DNA from: Octopus sinensis
Lineage: Eukaryota
Assembly (NCBI RefSeq): GCF_006345805.1
Contig: NC_043021.1
Span: forward strand, 16,306,001-16,370,000
DNA: 64,000 bases
Direction of reading: 5' to 3'
Shown one piece after another: positions 40,101 through 52,460 of this stretch. The notes under the pieces are model-generated. The model was not told the origin of the DNA, searched no databases, and worked only from the letters and a program-made list of their open reading frames with translations. Within the stretch, counting starts at the first letter, position 1, and every line of letters starts with the position of its first letter. The position numbers were made by a program, and so were the translations under genes.

Positions 40101-41645
40101 GGTGGGGTGGAGTGGCTGAATTGTTGGAACATCAGACAAAGTGCTATGCAGTATTTGTGCTGGCTTTTCATGTTCTGAGTTCAAATCCTGCCAAAGTCAT
40201 CTTTATCTTTCATCCTTCTGGGTACACACTTGGATCAATAAAATAAAATTCCATATTTCTGAAATAAGGAATTTTATATTCTGTACTAGTCGGAGTGGTG
40301 GTCTCATCTTGATTGTTGCTTTTACTATGTTTCGTCTGTGTACTCTCCGGCTTACTTCAGGTGTCTTGTGGTTCACTCTAGTGCCTTGCGTGGGATCGAA
40401 ATCAGAACCTCTAGATGACTACATTGCATTAACAAACACCTTTATTCACCATGCTATGCAGTCACCTAGATATTTTGAGTTCAATCTCAGGCAAAGTGCT
40501 AAGGGGAATTACAAGATACCTGAAGAAGGCGGGAAAATACAACAGCTGAAACATAGTGAAAACGACAATCAAGATGAGACCACCACTCCGACTAATACAT
40601 AAATACATTATAAGGGTCCTGGATTGGCAGAATTGTTTGAGGGTCAGACGAAAGTGCTTTGCAGTATATCTGTTAGTTTTTTATGTTCAATCCTACTTAA
40701 GATATGGATTGAAACAATAATAAATTTGGCAATTCTGTGTAAATACTAACCTTCAGAGGAAAAGTAATTCCTAATTGGTTGAAAAACATTTTGGCCCACG
40801 ATCCTTGGCACAAGACAACATTTCGAGACTGGAATATTCCTTTGGTTGTATGCAGCTTAACAATCTCTCCTGGTTCCACAGATAATACGGGGGTTCCATC
40901 AATGATTTTGCCACCGAGTTTCTTGAACTGATCCTGGAGAAATACAATAATGATAGTTCTGATAAAGAATTCACTGAAAACTATGTAACAAGTTTGGATT
41001 GGAGAAGGCATGAGAATGGTGTGAACATGAGTGAAACGGGTGTAGGAGAAAATGACAGCAAGGAGCAAAGATGCTTTGGGATTTCATGATCCAATATGAT
41101 CCGAAGAAGTCCAATATTGTGCTGGTAGACAAGACAGAAAAATTATGCCTAATCATAGATATCCCATGCCCTAGAGACTGCAGAATCCTCAAAAAAGGAA
41201 GGAGAAAAAATGATGAGATATGAAGCAATGAAAAGAGAAATCAAAAAGCTATCGTCATTGAAAAACGTGTATATTGTGATAATAACTGTTGGTACCCTTA
41301 GTATAGTGAGCAATGAAATTGAGGAGTGATTGGCTAAAGATGGGCATAAAAAGTTATATGTATATATACATATATATATATGTATGTATATATGTATACA
41401 TATATATGTATATATACATATATATATATATGTATACATATATATGTATATATACATATATATATATGTATATATACACATATATATGTATGTATATATA
41501 TATATATATATATATATAGTATATATACATATATATATATATATATATAATATATATATATATATACATATATATATGTATAATACATATATATGTATAT
41601 ATACAATATATATGTATATATACATATATATGTATATATACATTA

Positions 41646-41679
<34 letters not shown>

Positions 41680-44600
41680 CATATATATATGTATATATAT
41701 ATACATACATACATATATATATGTGCGTGTGTGTGTGTATATACACACACAAAGTAACATCGTCAGTTATATTCAATATAAAAACTAAATTGTGTCTGGG
41801 TAGCATCTATGATGCTGGAAACAAGAATTAAAACCCTTAGAGTTGCAAAGAAACACATTTTGATATCCTGAGAGGGGAGATAACCGCTCCATAAGTGAAG
41901 CAAACTAGTTTTGCCTGTAAGGTGGCAGGCCCATCAGCAGGGACTACTGCATTGCCAAAGGGTTTGGCTAAATCCAGGCTGTCAGTATATATATGTTTAC
42001 CATGTGGATTTAGCAAAATGCCAATGTGAAAATTACAAAATAATACAGGTGGCTATATCTATATATATAAAACTGTAGTTGTGTGAGTGTCTGTCCCCTT
42101 CGATTTAGATTCCTAACTACTCCCACATTTTGCAGTGCAGTTTAACCAAATTCGGGTATCTTATAGTCGTGATTCATATCGAGCCCGTCTGAGTGTTAGC
42201 GCGCGTCTACGATGAGTCTACGATGTTAAAAATAATTTAACATCATTTTTTATTCCATTTTAATGCATAATTTTTCGTGTGTCGATGGCGGCGGAGTTGG
42301 CGTCCATGGTCACACCTGCACCTGTTTGCTTCTCCCCCTTCTTCCCTCCCTCGTGAAGCTGTGGGGAAGGGAGTGTAAGGAAATCAACGTCGTAAAGCGT
42401 TGTCAAGGAGACCAGCGTTCTTTTAGAACAACGACTTCATGGCTTGAAGACACCAAAACAGAAATGGCTAAGAAAGCCCGAATTGGCATCTATAAGGGAA
42501 GTAACTCTCTAAAAATGCTTTTATAGTTATTTCCCTTACAAACCCGAGCAACGCCAGGCAATACTGCTAGTAGGAATATAAAACCAAAAATGAAAAATTC
42601 AATTGTTACTAATTGTGGCTGATGTTACTCTCTTTCTCTCTTTATTTCTCTTTTTACTTGTTTTAGTCATTTTGACTGCGGCCATGCTGGAGCACCGCCT
42701 TTAATTGAGCAACTCGACCCCGGGACTTATTCTTTTGTAAGCCCAGTACTTATACTATCGGTCTCTTTTGCCGAACCGCTAAGTGACGGGGACATAAACA
42801 CACCAGCATCGGTTGTCAAGCAATGCTAGGGGGACAAACACAGACACACAAACATACACGCACATACATATATATATACATATATACGACGGGCTTCTTT
42901 CAGTTTCCGTCTACCAAATCCACTCACAAGGCTTTGGTCGGCCCGAGGCTATAGCAGAAGACACTTGGCCAAGGTGCCACGCAGTGGGACTGGACCCAGA
43001 ATCATGGCAGCACCTATGTGTGTGTTTGTGTGTATGAATAGAACACCTGAAGGCAGGTAGAAGAAACTGGTCTACACCTGTGGAAATGTAGAGTTAAAAC
43101 ACAGGAAAAAAATGGGAAATGTGTTAAAACAGTATTTTTGGGATCTTACCTGGAATGTCATTAGTGCTCGGTCTGCTAACAGAATTCCTCCTTCAGGTTC
43201 AATGAGTGCTTTGGAACCTGCTGGAACTTTTATGCAAAATTCCTTGAGCAGACGGTCAGCTGGCACATCTTTAAAGGTCATTTTCATTTTAATTAGGACC
43301 CTTTTCACTTCATCCATGTAACTGCTCTGTGGGGTGGATATGACAAGTAGTTGGCTCTTCCTGAAAAAGTATTTGCATGTTATTATTGCTGTTGTTGTTG
43401 TTGTTGTTGTGCTGGTCAAACCAACAGATAATATCTGTGTATCCATGTGTCTATGGAGGTACATGGCTTAGTGGCTAAGGTGTTGCATTCATGATCCTAG
43501 GATTGTGGTTTCAATACCTGGATTGGGCGATGCATTGTGTTCTTGATCAAGATGCTTCATTTTATGTTCCTCCAGTCTGCTCAGCTGGCCAAAAAGGAAT
43601 AATCCTGCAACAGACCATCATCCTGTCCAGGTCGAAGTGGGGTGAATATATGCTCCACAGAATTTGGGAAACTGGTCTTATGAGCCCATATCTCAAGAAG
43701 GACCTTTGAACCTTCTGATGTGTGCAACCTCGTGGTTAGGATGTTGGACTCATAATCGTAAGATTGTGGTTTCAATTCCTGGACCACACAATTTGTTGTG
43801 TTCTTGAATGAAACACTTCCTTTCATGTTACTCCAGTCCGCTCAGGTGGCAAACATGAGTAATCTTGCAACAGACCAGCATCCCATCCTGCAGGATGGTA
43901 TGAGGTAGTTTCAAAAAGTTCCAAGACTACTTATGTTTAATAAAAAATAACTTATTTACTTAAATTTTAACACCCATCTCCTTTGAAATAGTCACCTTGC
44001 ACAGCAATACACCAGCCCCTGTGTTCCTGCCACTTTTGGAATCTGGCCTGGAAGTCATCTTCCGTAAGGGAGTCAAGGACCTTCTGAGATTTGCTAAGGA
44101 TCTCGACAATGGTAAAACAGCAACCTTTGAGCTGCATTTTCATCTTGGGAAAGAAACAGAAGTTCTCAGGTGCTAAATCTGGTGAATAGGGCAGGTGCAA
44201 ACACTTTCAACGAACGCCCTCCCTCAAACACTTGAAAATAGCCTTTTCTACTCTGGGCACAAGATCCAAAATTTTGAGGGAAGGAGCCAGTCGATAAAAT
44301 CAACTCCAGTATGCAACTGGTACTTAATTTATTGATCCTGAAAGGATGAAAACAACGTTGACCTCAGTGGAATTTGAACTCAGATCATAAAGACAGACGA
44401 AATACCACTAAACGTTTCTGCTGGCTAGCCACCTTCAAAATATCGCACAAGGACTCTCAAATGACAGTCTGGCCCTGGGGGGTGAATTCTCAATGCGAGA
44501 TACCACATTGCTGGGGGTGATGCTTGTGGCAGGTTTTCCAGTTCGTCCATTGTCTTCGAGGGATGTTGTTCCACTTTTGAAGCACCTGTGTCACTCAAAA

Positions 44601-46166
44601 CATTGTCCCATCACCGTAAGCTTGTCAAAGCATGCTCAGTGGCTCTGTAGCAAGCTTCCCAAGTTTAACTTATTCTGTTTGTTACTTTTTCTGTTAAAGG
44701 GGCCATAAACAAACCAGCACCAGGTTTCAAGAAGTGGTGGAAAACAAGTAATAAACACGACACGCACATCTCTCTATATATAAACGGCAGTTTGTCTGTC
44801 TGTGTGTCTGTCAGGTTGTACCCTCACCCTGACCACGGCTTTCAACCGATTCTGGTGAAACTTGACACACACGTAGCCCAATGTCATCATTCAAAACTAA
44901 CACAGCGAAAATTTTGAAAAGTTCTCCCAGTTCTGAAAAAAAATCGATAAATTCAACATGGGTCGAGAATCTAAACTTTTTATATGCAACACATTTTCTA
45001 CAGACTGTCTAGGGGACGCAACTCGACCTTTTTAACTCTCGGAACACGTGGGGTAAGTATCCCAAAATGTATAAAAATGTACAAAAACGGCAAAAAAGCG
45101 GGCAGCAATGTGAGTGACAACAACGAAAAAGTCAAAAGTGACCAAACTGAACAAACGAATGGAAAAGGTTTTTTGATGCACACGACAAAAGCGGTTTATA
45201 ATAAACCAAGAGTTTGCAAGTAGCGTCCGAGGACCCTTAGGGTACATCAAAAATTTAAGGTAAAACGTTTGGGGTGGTAGTTATAAAGAAAGTGTAAACA
45301 AAAAAAGTATTCGAATAACTTGTGGCTGCAGCAGCTACTAGCAGAAGTGTTGGGGGTAAAGTCTCGAATGTAATTTCTTCCTGGTAGGAATTGGTTGGGT
45401 TGAATTATCGATAGTTGTTTGATAGTTATTTAGGAGTGAAGAGAAGACATTGCAACCTACACATGCCCCTTCGTTCCCTAGAGGGAAAGGACTAGATTGG
45501 GGTTAGTCGTTGCCTACTAGGGGCTCTTACATACCCGAGCAACGCCGGGCTATGCTGCTAGTAGATATATACAAACATGTGTGTGATAGGCTTCTTTCAG
45601 TTTCTATCTACCAGATCTAGTCACAAGGCTTCGGTCAGCCCAGGGCAATAGTAGAAGACACTTGACCAAGGTTCCATGCAGTGGGACTGAACCCAAAGCC
45701 ATTTTGTTGGGAAGCTTCCTACAACTCTTTATCTACGTATGTGCTTAATTAGTGAGAGAGGATCATGGAGTTCAGGTGTTCACCTCAGACAATATTCACA
45801 TGTGCAGCGGTTATCTGAATTTGGAAGATATAAAAAGGTATGGTGTGTGTGTGTGTGTGGTCGGAAAGGGATTAGTTGGTCAGCAAAAGATTAAAAAAAA
45901 GAAAGGAACAAATAGTGAACTTACTTGTAGAGTTGAGTGTCAGAATCTCGTTCCAGTTGTGCCCACATGGGATAAGCTTCCTTCATCATCTCAGCAAAGA
46001 TTTCCTGAAAGTAGGCCTTCCTGGTGATTCGACTTTGACCATGAGAACTTCCTCTGGTGTGTGGCAGTGGGAACTGGATTAAATGAGAGAAACCAATATA
46101 TCATCATCATCATCATTTTGCATCTGTTTTCTATCCATATATACACAAACAAAAGCATGTATACAA

Positions 46167-46202
<36 letters not shown>

Positions 46203-47596
46203 TAGTCACTGTGATCCGTGTGTAGGAGAGGTGCAGCCAGAGGGTAAGTATCTGTAAAGATAGAAGTCTAGTGGAGGAAAGTTCGTAGTGGTAGAGAAGA
46301 CAAGTGAGACCACGTGAGCGCGTGATATATATAGGGAAAGTTTACGAAAAAAACCAAAGATGAAGACAGGTGGTGTACAAAACAAAGACATATTAGTATA
46401 GCGCTCAGGAATAGAAAAAGTCTTTTACGTTTCGAGCCTACGCTCTTCTACAGAAAGGTACACAGAAAAAACAAGGAGAGAAAAAAAATGTGTGTAGTGG
46501 CTAATGATCTATCATGGTGTCTGACTCGGACAGAATGGTCAGACGGGAGGGGGAAAGTAGAGGAGATAACAGGATAAGAATGACCTCCAACACGAAGGAG
46601 CCCCCAACACAAAGGTGCACGTGTGTATAAGAGAGTATGTATGTGCGTTTGAAAGAGGGCTGGTGGTCTGGACGTGTGTGTGTATGTATGTGTAGGTGTG
46701 AAGATATGGGAATAGGTGTGTGGTTGGTGTGTTGTGATGTGTGTATGTATGTGTAGGTGTGAAGATGTGGGAATGGGTATGTGGTTGGTGTGTTGTGATG
46801 TGATGTGTAATGTTGTATGGTGTAGTGTGATGTGATGTGGGGAGGTGGGGGAGGCGAGAGTGGGGAAAGCACGGGTGGGGTAGAGTGGGGGTTGTGGGTA
46901 GGCAGAGGGTGGGGGTAGAGGTGAGGTATGTGGGGAGGTGTCTGGGATGGGGTGGGGTGGGAAGGTGGGGGTAGGGGTGGGGTGGGAAGGTGGGGGAGGT
47001 GGGTATGTGAGGAGAGAGAGGAGGAGAGAAGAGAGTAAGAGAGAAGAGAAAAAGAGAGGGTAAGAGAGAAGAAAGAAAGAGAGGGTGAAAGAGTAGGAGA
47101 GAAGAGAGAAAGAGAATATGAGAGGAGAGAGAAGGGGAGTAAGAGAGAAGAGAGACGAGTTGTCTATAAATGCTTATTAATATAGGATTCCATTATAGGG
47201 ACAACACTTCTGCGAAACGATTGTAAGATGCTTTAAAAACTTAATTCAAAACTTTTAAACTGTCATATGCATTATATATTTATACTTATACATATTTACA
47301 TATATTTATATATGTAAATATAAATATATGAATATTTATATTTTTAATACAACAATTATTTTACACATGTATATATCTTTCTGAAGAATTTTCTAATATT
47401 GATTTCCTGATATTAATAATAATATATTATAATATATGTATATATATAGCAGGAGTGGCTTGCTAAAGAACCACATGGTTCCAGGTTCATTCACACTGCA
47501 TGACACCTTGGGCAAGTCTCTTCTACTATAGCCTCGGGCCAACCAAAGTCTTGTGAGTGGATTTGGTAGAGGGAAACTGAAAAAAGCCTGTCGTAT

Positions 47597-47643
<47 letters not shown>

Positions 47644-48624
47644 TGTGTATATGTTTGTGTGTTTGTGTTTGTCCCCCCAACGTCTCTTGACAACCGATGG
47701 TGGTGTGTTTACATTCCTGTAACTTAGCGGTTCGGCAAAATAGACTGATAGAATAAGTACTAGGCTTCCAAAGAATGGGGTTGATTTGCTCGACTAAGGC
47801 AGTGCTCCAGCATGGCTGCAGTCAGATGACTGAAACAAGTAAAGGAGTAAAGAGAGTAAAGAGTATATATATGTATGTTTATATATATTTGTGTGTGTGT
47901 GTGTGTGTGTGTGTATTCAACTACCTGTATGTATTTGTGTGCATGTACGTATATGGTTTGTATACAACTACCTATGTGAAGGTGCATGGCTCAGTAGTTA
48001 GAGCATTGGGCTTACAAACATGAGGCAGTGAGTTTGATTCCTGGACAGGGTATGTGTTGTGTTCTTGAGCAAGACACTTTATTTCACGTTACTCCAGTTC
48101 AATCAGCTGAAGAAATGAGTTGTGACATCACTGGTGCCAAGCTGTATCGGCCCCTTTGCATTTCCCTTGGACAACATCAGTGGTGTGGAAAGCAGAGGTT
48201 GGTATGCACAACTGACTGCTGGTCTTCCACAAACAACCTCGTGTGGACTTGTGCCTCAGAGGGGAACTTTCAAAGTGCAATTCCATGGTTATTCATGACT
48301 GAAGAGGGTCTTTACCTATTTATTTACTACCCACAAGGGGCTAAACACAGAAGGGACAAACAAGGACAGACAAACGGATTAAGTCGATTATATCGATCCC
48401 ACTGCGTAACTGGTACTTAATTTATCGACCCCGAAAGGATGAAAGGCAAAGTTGACCTTGGTGGAATTTGAACTCAGAACGTAGCGGCAGACGAAATATG
48501 GCTACGAATTTCGCTAACGTTTCTGCCAGCTTGCCGCAGGGTCTTTACCCTTTTACAACCACCTACACCCACATACACATATACATGCAAACACACACAC
48601 ACACACACACACATATACATGCAA

Positions 48625-48688
<64 letters not shown>

Positions 48689-48924
48689 CACACACACCCA
48701 TTCATGTCCTTTGTATGCTGCTTAACAAATATATTCACAGTAACATTGAACACAAAAATTATGAAATTTATCAAATATAAAAACAGGAATACAAAATATT
48801 TCATTGAAAGTTATTCTACCTGTTCCAATAATAAAGTTCTGTAACCATTTTTCTGTAGGTAGTGGGCTGTAGAGGAGCCATTTATACCAGCTCCAACAAC
48901 TATAGCATCGTACATGGCTGACAT
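33482..48924 (-). CDS. PIPOX: Peroxisomal sarcosine oxidase / L-pipecolate oxidase-like, copy A; complete, 8 exons, 380 aa
   Basis: Exons (transcription order) 48924-48820, 46073-45925, 43360-43150, 40933-40751, 39980-39837, 36892-36743, 36515-36440, 33606-33482 total 1143 nt, in frame, GT-AG. Motifs: [12 protein letters not shown] (FAD Rossmann), [24 protein letters not shown] (flavinylation Cys), [16 protein letters not shown]. Confidence 0.93.
33876..34013 (-). ncRNA. Type I hammerhead ribozyme motif with about 100-nt stem II loop
   Basis: ATCT-CTGACGA-GGCC...(TA-rich)...GGCT-GAAA-C-agct-GTA^AGAT; palindromic stem III ACAGCTGT; stem I ATCT/AGAT. Confidence 0.65.
34335..35140 (-). mobile_element. 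Putative Penelope-derived non-autonomous element carrying the A6U hammerhead-like motif
   Basis: Same organisation (purine tract, GT-rich repeats, conserved 200-bp end, (TA)n) as 46330-47160; conserved end also at 32240-32430 and its tip at 18460-18530. Confidence 0.5.
34435..34470 (-). ncRNA. Non-canonical minimal hammerhead-like motif (A6U core)
   Basis: CTTT-CTGTTGA-A-GAGC(gtag)GCTC-GAAA-CGTT^AAAG. Confidence 0.45.
35830..36045. mobile_element. piggyBac-type MITE, second family
   Basis: TTAA|CCCTTGTGATACCA...TGGTAACGAAAGGG|TTAA. Confidence 0.7.
36440..36515 (-). CDS. PIPOX: PIPOX-A exon 7 ([25 protein letters not shown])
   Basis: TPDxxFxLDRHP and GAGFS motifs; 76 nt. Confidence 0.94.
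36743..36892 (-). CDS. PIPOX: PIPOX-A exon 6 ([15 protein letters not shown]...IETCIYT)
   Basis: [16 protein letters not shown] motif. Confidence 0.94.
38433..38823 (+). mobile_element. Internally deleted Tc1-like element
   Basis: 23-bp TIR ctgtgtgaaaagtctggctgcat; ORF 38543..38755 resembles a Tc1 transposase C-terminus (P.TRHEL..AV..SW..L...I..CI...GG). Confidence 0.7.
39837..39980 (-). CDS. PIPOX: PIPOX-A exon 5 ([10 protein letters not shown]...[14 protein letters not shown])
   Basis: YGLPxxEYPG motif. Confidence 0.94.
40751..40933 (-). CDS. PIPOX: PIPOX-A exon 4 ([13 protein letters not shown]...VLCQGSWAK...PLK)
   Basis: Part of ORF 40697..41068; 183 nt, phase 0-0. Confidence 0.92.
41355..41750. 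repeat. Compound (TA)n/(TACA)/(TATG) microsatellite
   Basis: Direct reading. Confidence 0.95.
42058..42570 (+). mobile_element. Non-autonomous Helitron
   Basis: A|TC(TA)n...cccgagcaacgccaggc..CTAG|T: 5' TC, 3' hairpin and CTAG, inserted between A and T. Confidence 0.85.
43150..43360 (-). CDS. PIPOX: PIPOX-A exon 3 (...[20 protein letters not shown])
   Basis: Part of ORF 43072..43464; phase 2-0. Confidence 0.92.
43900..44200 (-). mobile_element. mariner transposase C-terminal remnant with TIR
   Basis: ORF 43967..44200 YSPDLAP...GDYFKGD; TIR tatgaggtagtttcaaaaagtt. Confidence 0.78.
44769..45561 (+). mobile_element. Non-autonomous Helitron, different internal sequence
   Basis: A|TC...cccgagcaacgccgggc..CTAG|T. 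Confidence 0.82.
45925..46073 (-). CDS. PIPOX: PIPOX-A exon 2 ([21 protein letters not shown]...LYK)
   Basis: Family signature GSSHGQSR. Confidence 0.95.
46422..46457 (-). ncRNA. Non-canonical minimal hammerhead-like motif (A6U core)
   Basis: CTTT-CTGTAGA-A-GAGC(gtag)GCTC-GAAA-CGTA^AAAG. Confidence 0.45.
47985..48310 (+). mobile_element. tRNA-derived SINE family D (MetaSINE-like central domain)
   Basis: ggctcagtagttagagc head, gttcttgagcaagacactttatttcac..ctccagttca.tcagctg; reverse copy at 31890-32225. Meta assignment is inference. Confidence 0.68.
48820..48924 (-). CDS. PIPOX: PIPOX-A exon 1 ([35 protein letters not shown])
   Basis: GxGxxG dinucleotide-binding motif; in-frame upstream TAA; gtagaa donor. 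Confidence 0.92.
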
Positions 48925-48954
48925 AATTGCACTAAGCTGTTACCTTATCTTGCC

Positions 48955-49323
48955 TTCTCTCTCTCTCCTCTTTCTGTCTGTCTGCCCCTTATTTTCTCCT
49001 CTCTCTCTCTGTCTCTCCTTCTTCTTTATCATCTCCCCACATTCTATTTCACTTTGTCTCCAACTCTCTTTTCCCTTTCCCTTTTTATTAATTCATTCTT
49101 TCTTTCTTTCTCTTTCTTTCCTTTCTCTCTCTCTCTCTCTTCCCCCTCTCTCTCTTTCTCTCTTTCTCAGTCACTTTTCTCCCTCTCTCTTTCTTCATCA
49201 CCCTCCCCACTTTCTTTCACACTTACCTTCTAACTATTTTTTCTTTCTCACTCTCTTTTCTTTCCCTCTTTCTCTTTCACTTCTCTCTCTCACACACACA
49301 CACACACTCGTTCTCTCTTCCTT

Positions 49324-49357
<34 letters not shown>

Positions 49358-49430
49358 CATTCATCCATCTCTCTCCTTTCTCCCTCTCTCTCTCTCTCTC
49401 TCCCTTTCTCTCTCTCTCAGTTTCTCAATT
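48955..49430. repeat. Polypyrimidine (CT)n-rich tract immediately upstream of the PIPOX-A start codon
   Basis: Direct reading. Confidence 0.9.
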
Positions 49431-49739
49431 TTAAATTAGGTTAAATTTAATTGACTCAACCCAGCCATTTCAATCTCCTTGCTTCAATAGTTTCTCTTTT
49501 TGGTTTCACGTTACCCTTGGTTTGTAGTAGGTCATTCGAGAGCATATTCGGCCAGTAGACCTTCAAAATTTTTTTGTAAACATTTATTTTGAAACACCTC
49601 CAATTTCATTACCTTTGGTTGTTTTCAAACATTCAGATCCATAGGCGAGGACATTACTTTTGTAAAATCATATTTTAGTGCTCAATCAACTAACTCTTTC
49701 CCCACAATATAAGGCTCTGTGTCTTTTCTACTCTATGCA

Positions 49740-50305
49740 CATGTCCTGAAATTTTTGGGGAGAGGGCCAGTCAATTAGATCGACCCCAGTATGTAACTGG
49801 TTCCTAATTTATCGACCCCCAAAAGGATGAAAGACAAAGTCAACCCCAGCAGAATTTGAGCTCAGAACACAAAGACAGACAAAATACCTATTTCTTTACT
49901 ACCCACAAGGGGCTAAACACAAGAGGGTACAAACAAGGACAGACAAATGGATTGAGTCAATTACATTGACCCCAGTGCGTAACTAGTACTTATTTAATCG
50001 ACCCCGAAAGGATGAAAGGCAAAGTCAACCCCAGCAGAATTTGAGCTCAGAACACAAAGACAGACAAAATACCTATTTCTTTACTACCCACAAGGGGCTA
50101 AACACAAAAGGGTACAAACAAGGACAGACAAACGGATTAAGTCAATTACATTGACCCCAGTGCGTAACTGGTACTTATTTAATCGACCCCAAAAGGATGA
50201 AAGGCAAAGTCGACCTCGGTGGAATTTGAACTCAGAACGTAGCGGCAGACGAAATACCGCTAAGCATTTCACCCGGCGTGCTAACGTTTCTGCCAGCTCA
50301 CCACC
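49740..50305 (-). mobile_element. SINE family B tandem multimer (three units)
   Basis: Two near-identical units of about 185 bp with the same aagaaata|ggtatt junction. Confidence 0.78.
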
Positions 50306-50739
50306 TTTATCAGGCTTTGTGTGTATAGGAGAAAGGATTGTTGTTGATGTTGTTGTTGTTCTGGTCCCTACTGTTATATATGTCTTGCCTCTGTGTCCAA
50401 TATGGAAATTAATATTATTGTTGTTGTTGTTGCTATTGTTGATACAGTTTGTCCATGTTATGAGAAAGAGGTCAACATGATCAGGAGACAGAGGTGGGGA
50501 GCATGGAGAGTGGAATGTAGACCAATTATGTAACAGCTTAATTCCTGGTAGACTACTTCTTGGTATTTCGTCCATTATCCAGGTTCTGAGTTCAAATTCC
50601 ATCCAGGTTGGCTTCACCTTTTATCCTTTCAGGGTCTATAAAACAAGTACCAATGGGACTCTGGAGTCAATGTAATTGATTTATGGACTCGAGTCTTGAA
50701 CCAAAAATTTGAAACTAATATTACTCAACACCAGAACGA

Positions 50740-51860
50740 GAGAAGAAATTTCAGGTGTGGAAGCAAGGCTTAGAATCGAAGGGCCTTAGAGTCAATGTTG
50801 CAAAAACCAAAGTTCTAGTAAGTAGGAAGGCAAACACATCACAAACCCCTTCAGGTAGATGGCCCTGCTCAATCCGTAGAAAAGCTGTAGGTAGAAACTC
50901 CATAAGATGTACCCAGTGTAAGCTATGGATGCATAAGAGGTGCAGCAACATTAAAGGAAGTTTAACTGGGAAGATAGCTTTTGTGTGCAGCAGATTGTAC
51001 AATGCATGTGTGCAAACTGCCATGCTTCATGGCAGTGAAACATAAGCCATGACTGCTGAAGACATGCGTAGGCTCGAAAGAAATGAAGCTAGCATGACCT
51101 ACTGGATGTGCACACAGGACAGTGTAAGTGCCCTGAGAGAAATGTTGAACATAAGAAGCATCAGACGTGGCATCCAAGAAAGACGACTGCGCTGGTATGG
51201 TCGTGTGCTATGTATGGATGAGGAGAGCTGTGTGAAGAAGTGTCCCTCCCTAACAGTGGAAGGAACCTGTGGAAGAGGGAGACCCAGGAAGACCTGGGAT
51301 GAGGTGGTGAAGCATGACCTTCGAACATTGGGCTTCACGGAGGCAATGACGAAAGACTGAGACCTCTGGAGATATGCTGTGACTGAGAAGACTTGGCAAG
51401 TAAAGTGAGATCACAGCCATAGCCTACATCAGTGTTGTATAACCAGCCCACTTTAAAAATTACCCTTGGATCATTGGGCAACATGCTGTGCTTGAGGAGA
51501 GCTATTGAGTTTAGTAAAACAAAATCAAAATCCAATCCAATCACAATCAAATGGAATAGTTGTGGCTGATACCAGTGCTGCCTGACTTGCTCCCTGTGCC
51601 GGTGAGATATAAAAAATAAAATCTGATCATGGTCGATGCCAGCCCCCTTGTCCTGACTGGTTCCCGTGCTGGTGACACATAAAAAGTACCCACTACACTC
51701 TCGGAGTGGTTGGCCTTAGGAAGAGCATCCAGCTGTAGAAATTTTGCCAGATCAGATTGGAGCCTGGTGCGTCCTCCTGGCTTGCTAGTCCTCCATTCAA
51801 ACTGTCCAACCCATGCCAGAATGCAAAACGGACATTAAAAGATGATTATGATGATGATGA
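50740..51860 (+). mobile_element. RTE-clade LINE 3' fragment (RT C-terminus, Cys-rich insert, 3' UTR, (GAT)n tail)
   Basis: WKQGLESKGLRVNVAKTKVL, MLHGSET, RRLRWYGRV, GRGRPRKTW; internal deletions; ends in the conserved ggaagagcatccagctg...gatgatg tail. Confidence 0.85.
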
Positions 51861-51987
51861 TAGCATTTTAAAGACCACACACACACACACACACATATCT
51901 ACATGCAAATAAATATAAATATATAGATACCAGGTGATGCTATTGAGTTAGATATGGCCTATACTGGCTGAAACCTATCAAAGCTGG

Positions 51988-52020
<33 letters not shown>

Positions 52021-52024
<4 letters not shown>

Positions 52025-52054
52025 TAGATGATAGATAGATAGATAGATAGATAT

Positions 52055-52107
<53 letters not shown>

Positions 52108-52108
52108 C

Positions 52109-52139
<31 letters not shown>

Positions 52140-52142
52140 CAC

Positions 52143-52182
<40 letters not shown>

Positions 52183-52191
52183 GAGACAGAC

Positions 52192-52229
<38 letters not shown>

Positions 52230-52293
52230 GAGACAGACAGATAGATAGATAGATAGATAGATAGACAGATAGATAGATAGATAGGAGACAGAC

Positions 52294-52387
<94 letters not shown>

Positions 52388-52392
52388 GAGAC

Positions 52393-52460
<68 letters not shown>
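52021..52460. repeat. (GATA)n array, left of the Tx1 insertion
   Basis: Direct reading; variant units gacacata and gataggagacagac. Confidence 0.95.

Noticed and set aside
40141-40602. 153-aa ORF antisense to PIPOX-A
   Set aside because: Spans a SINE fragment and an inverted repeat; no recognisable motif
41149-41831. Multiple 150-200 aa Tyr/Ile ORFs
   Set aside because: (TA)n microsatellite artefacts
47170-47235. gcgaaacgattgta, resembling a hammerhead 3' half
   Set aside because: No CTGANGA core or stem II upstream
48914-49444. 176-aa Leu/Ser-rich ORF
   Set aside because: Translation of a (CT)n tract
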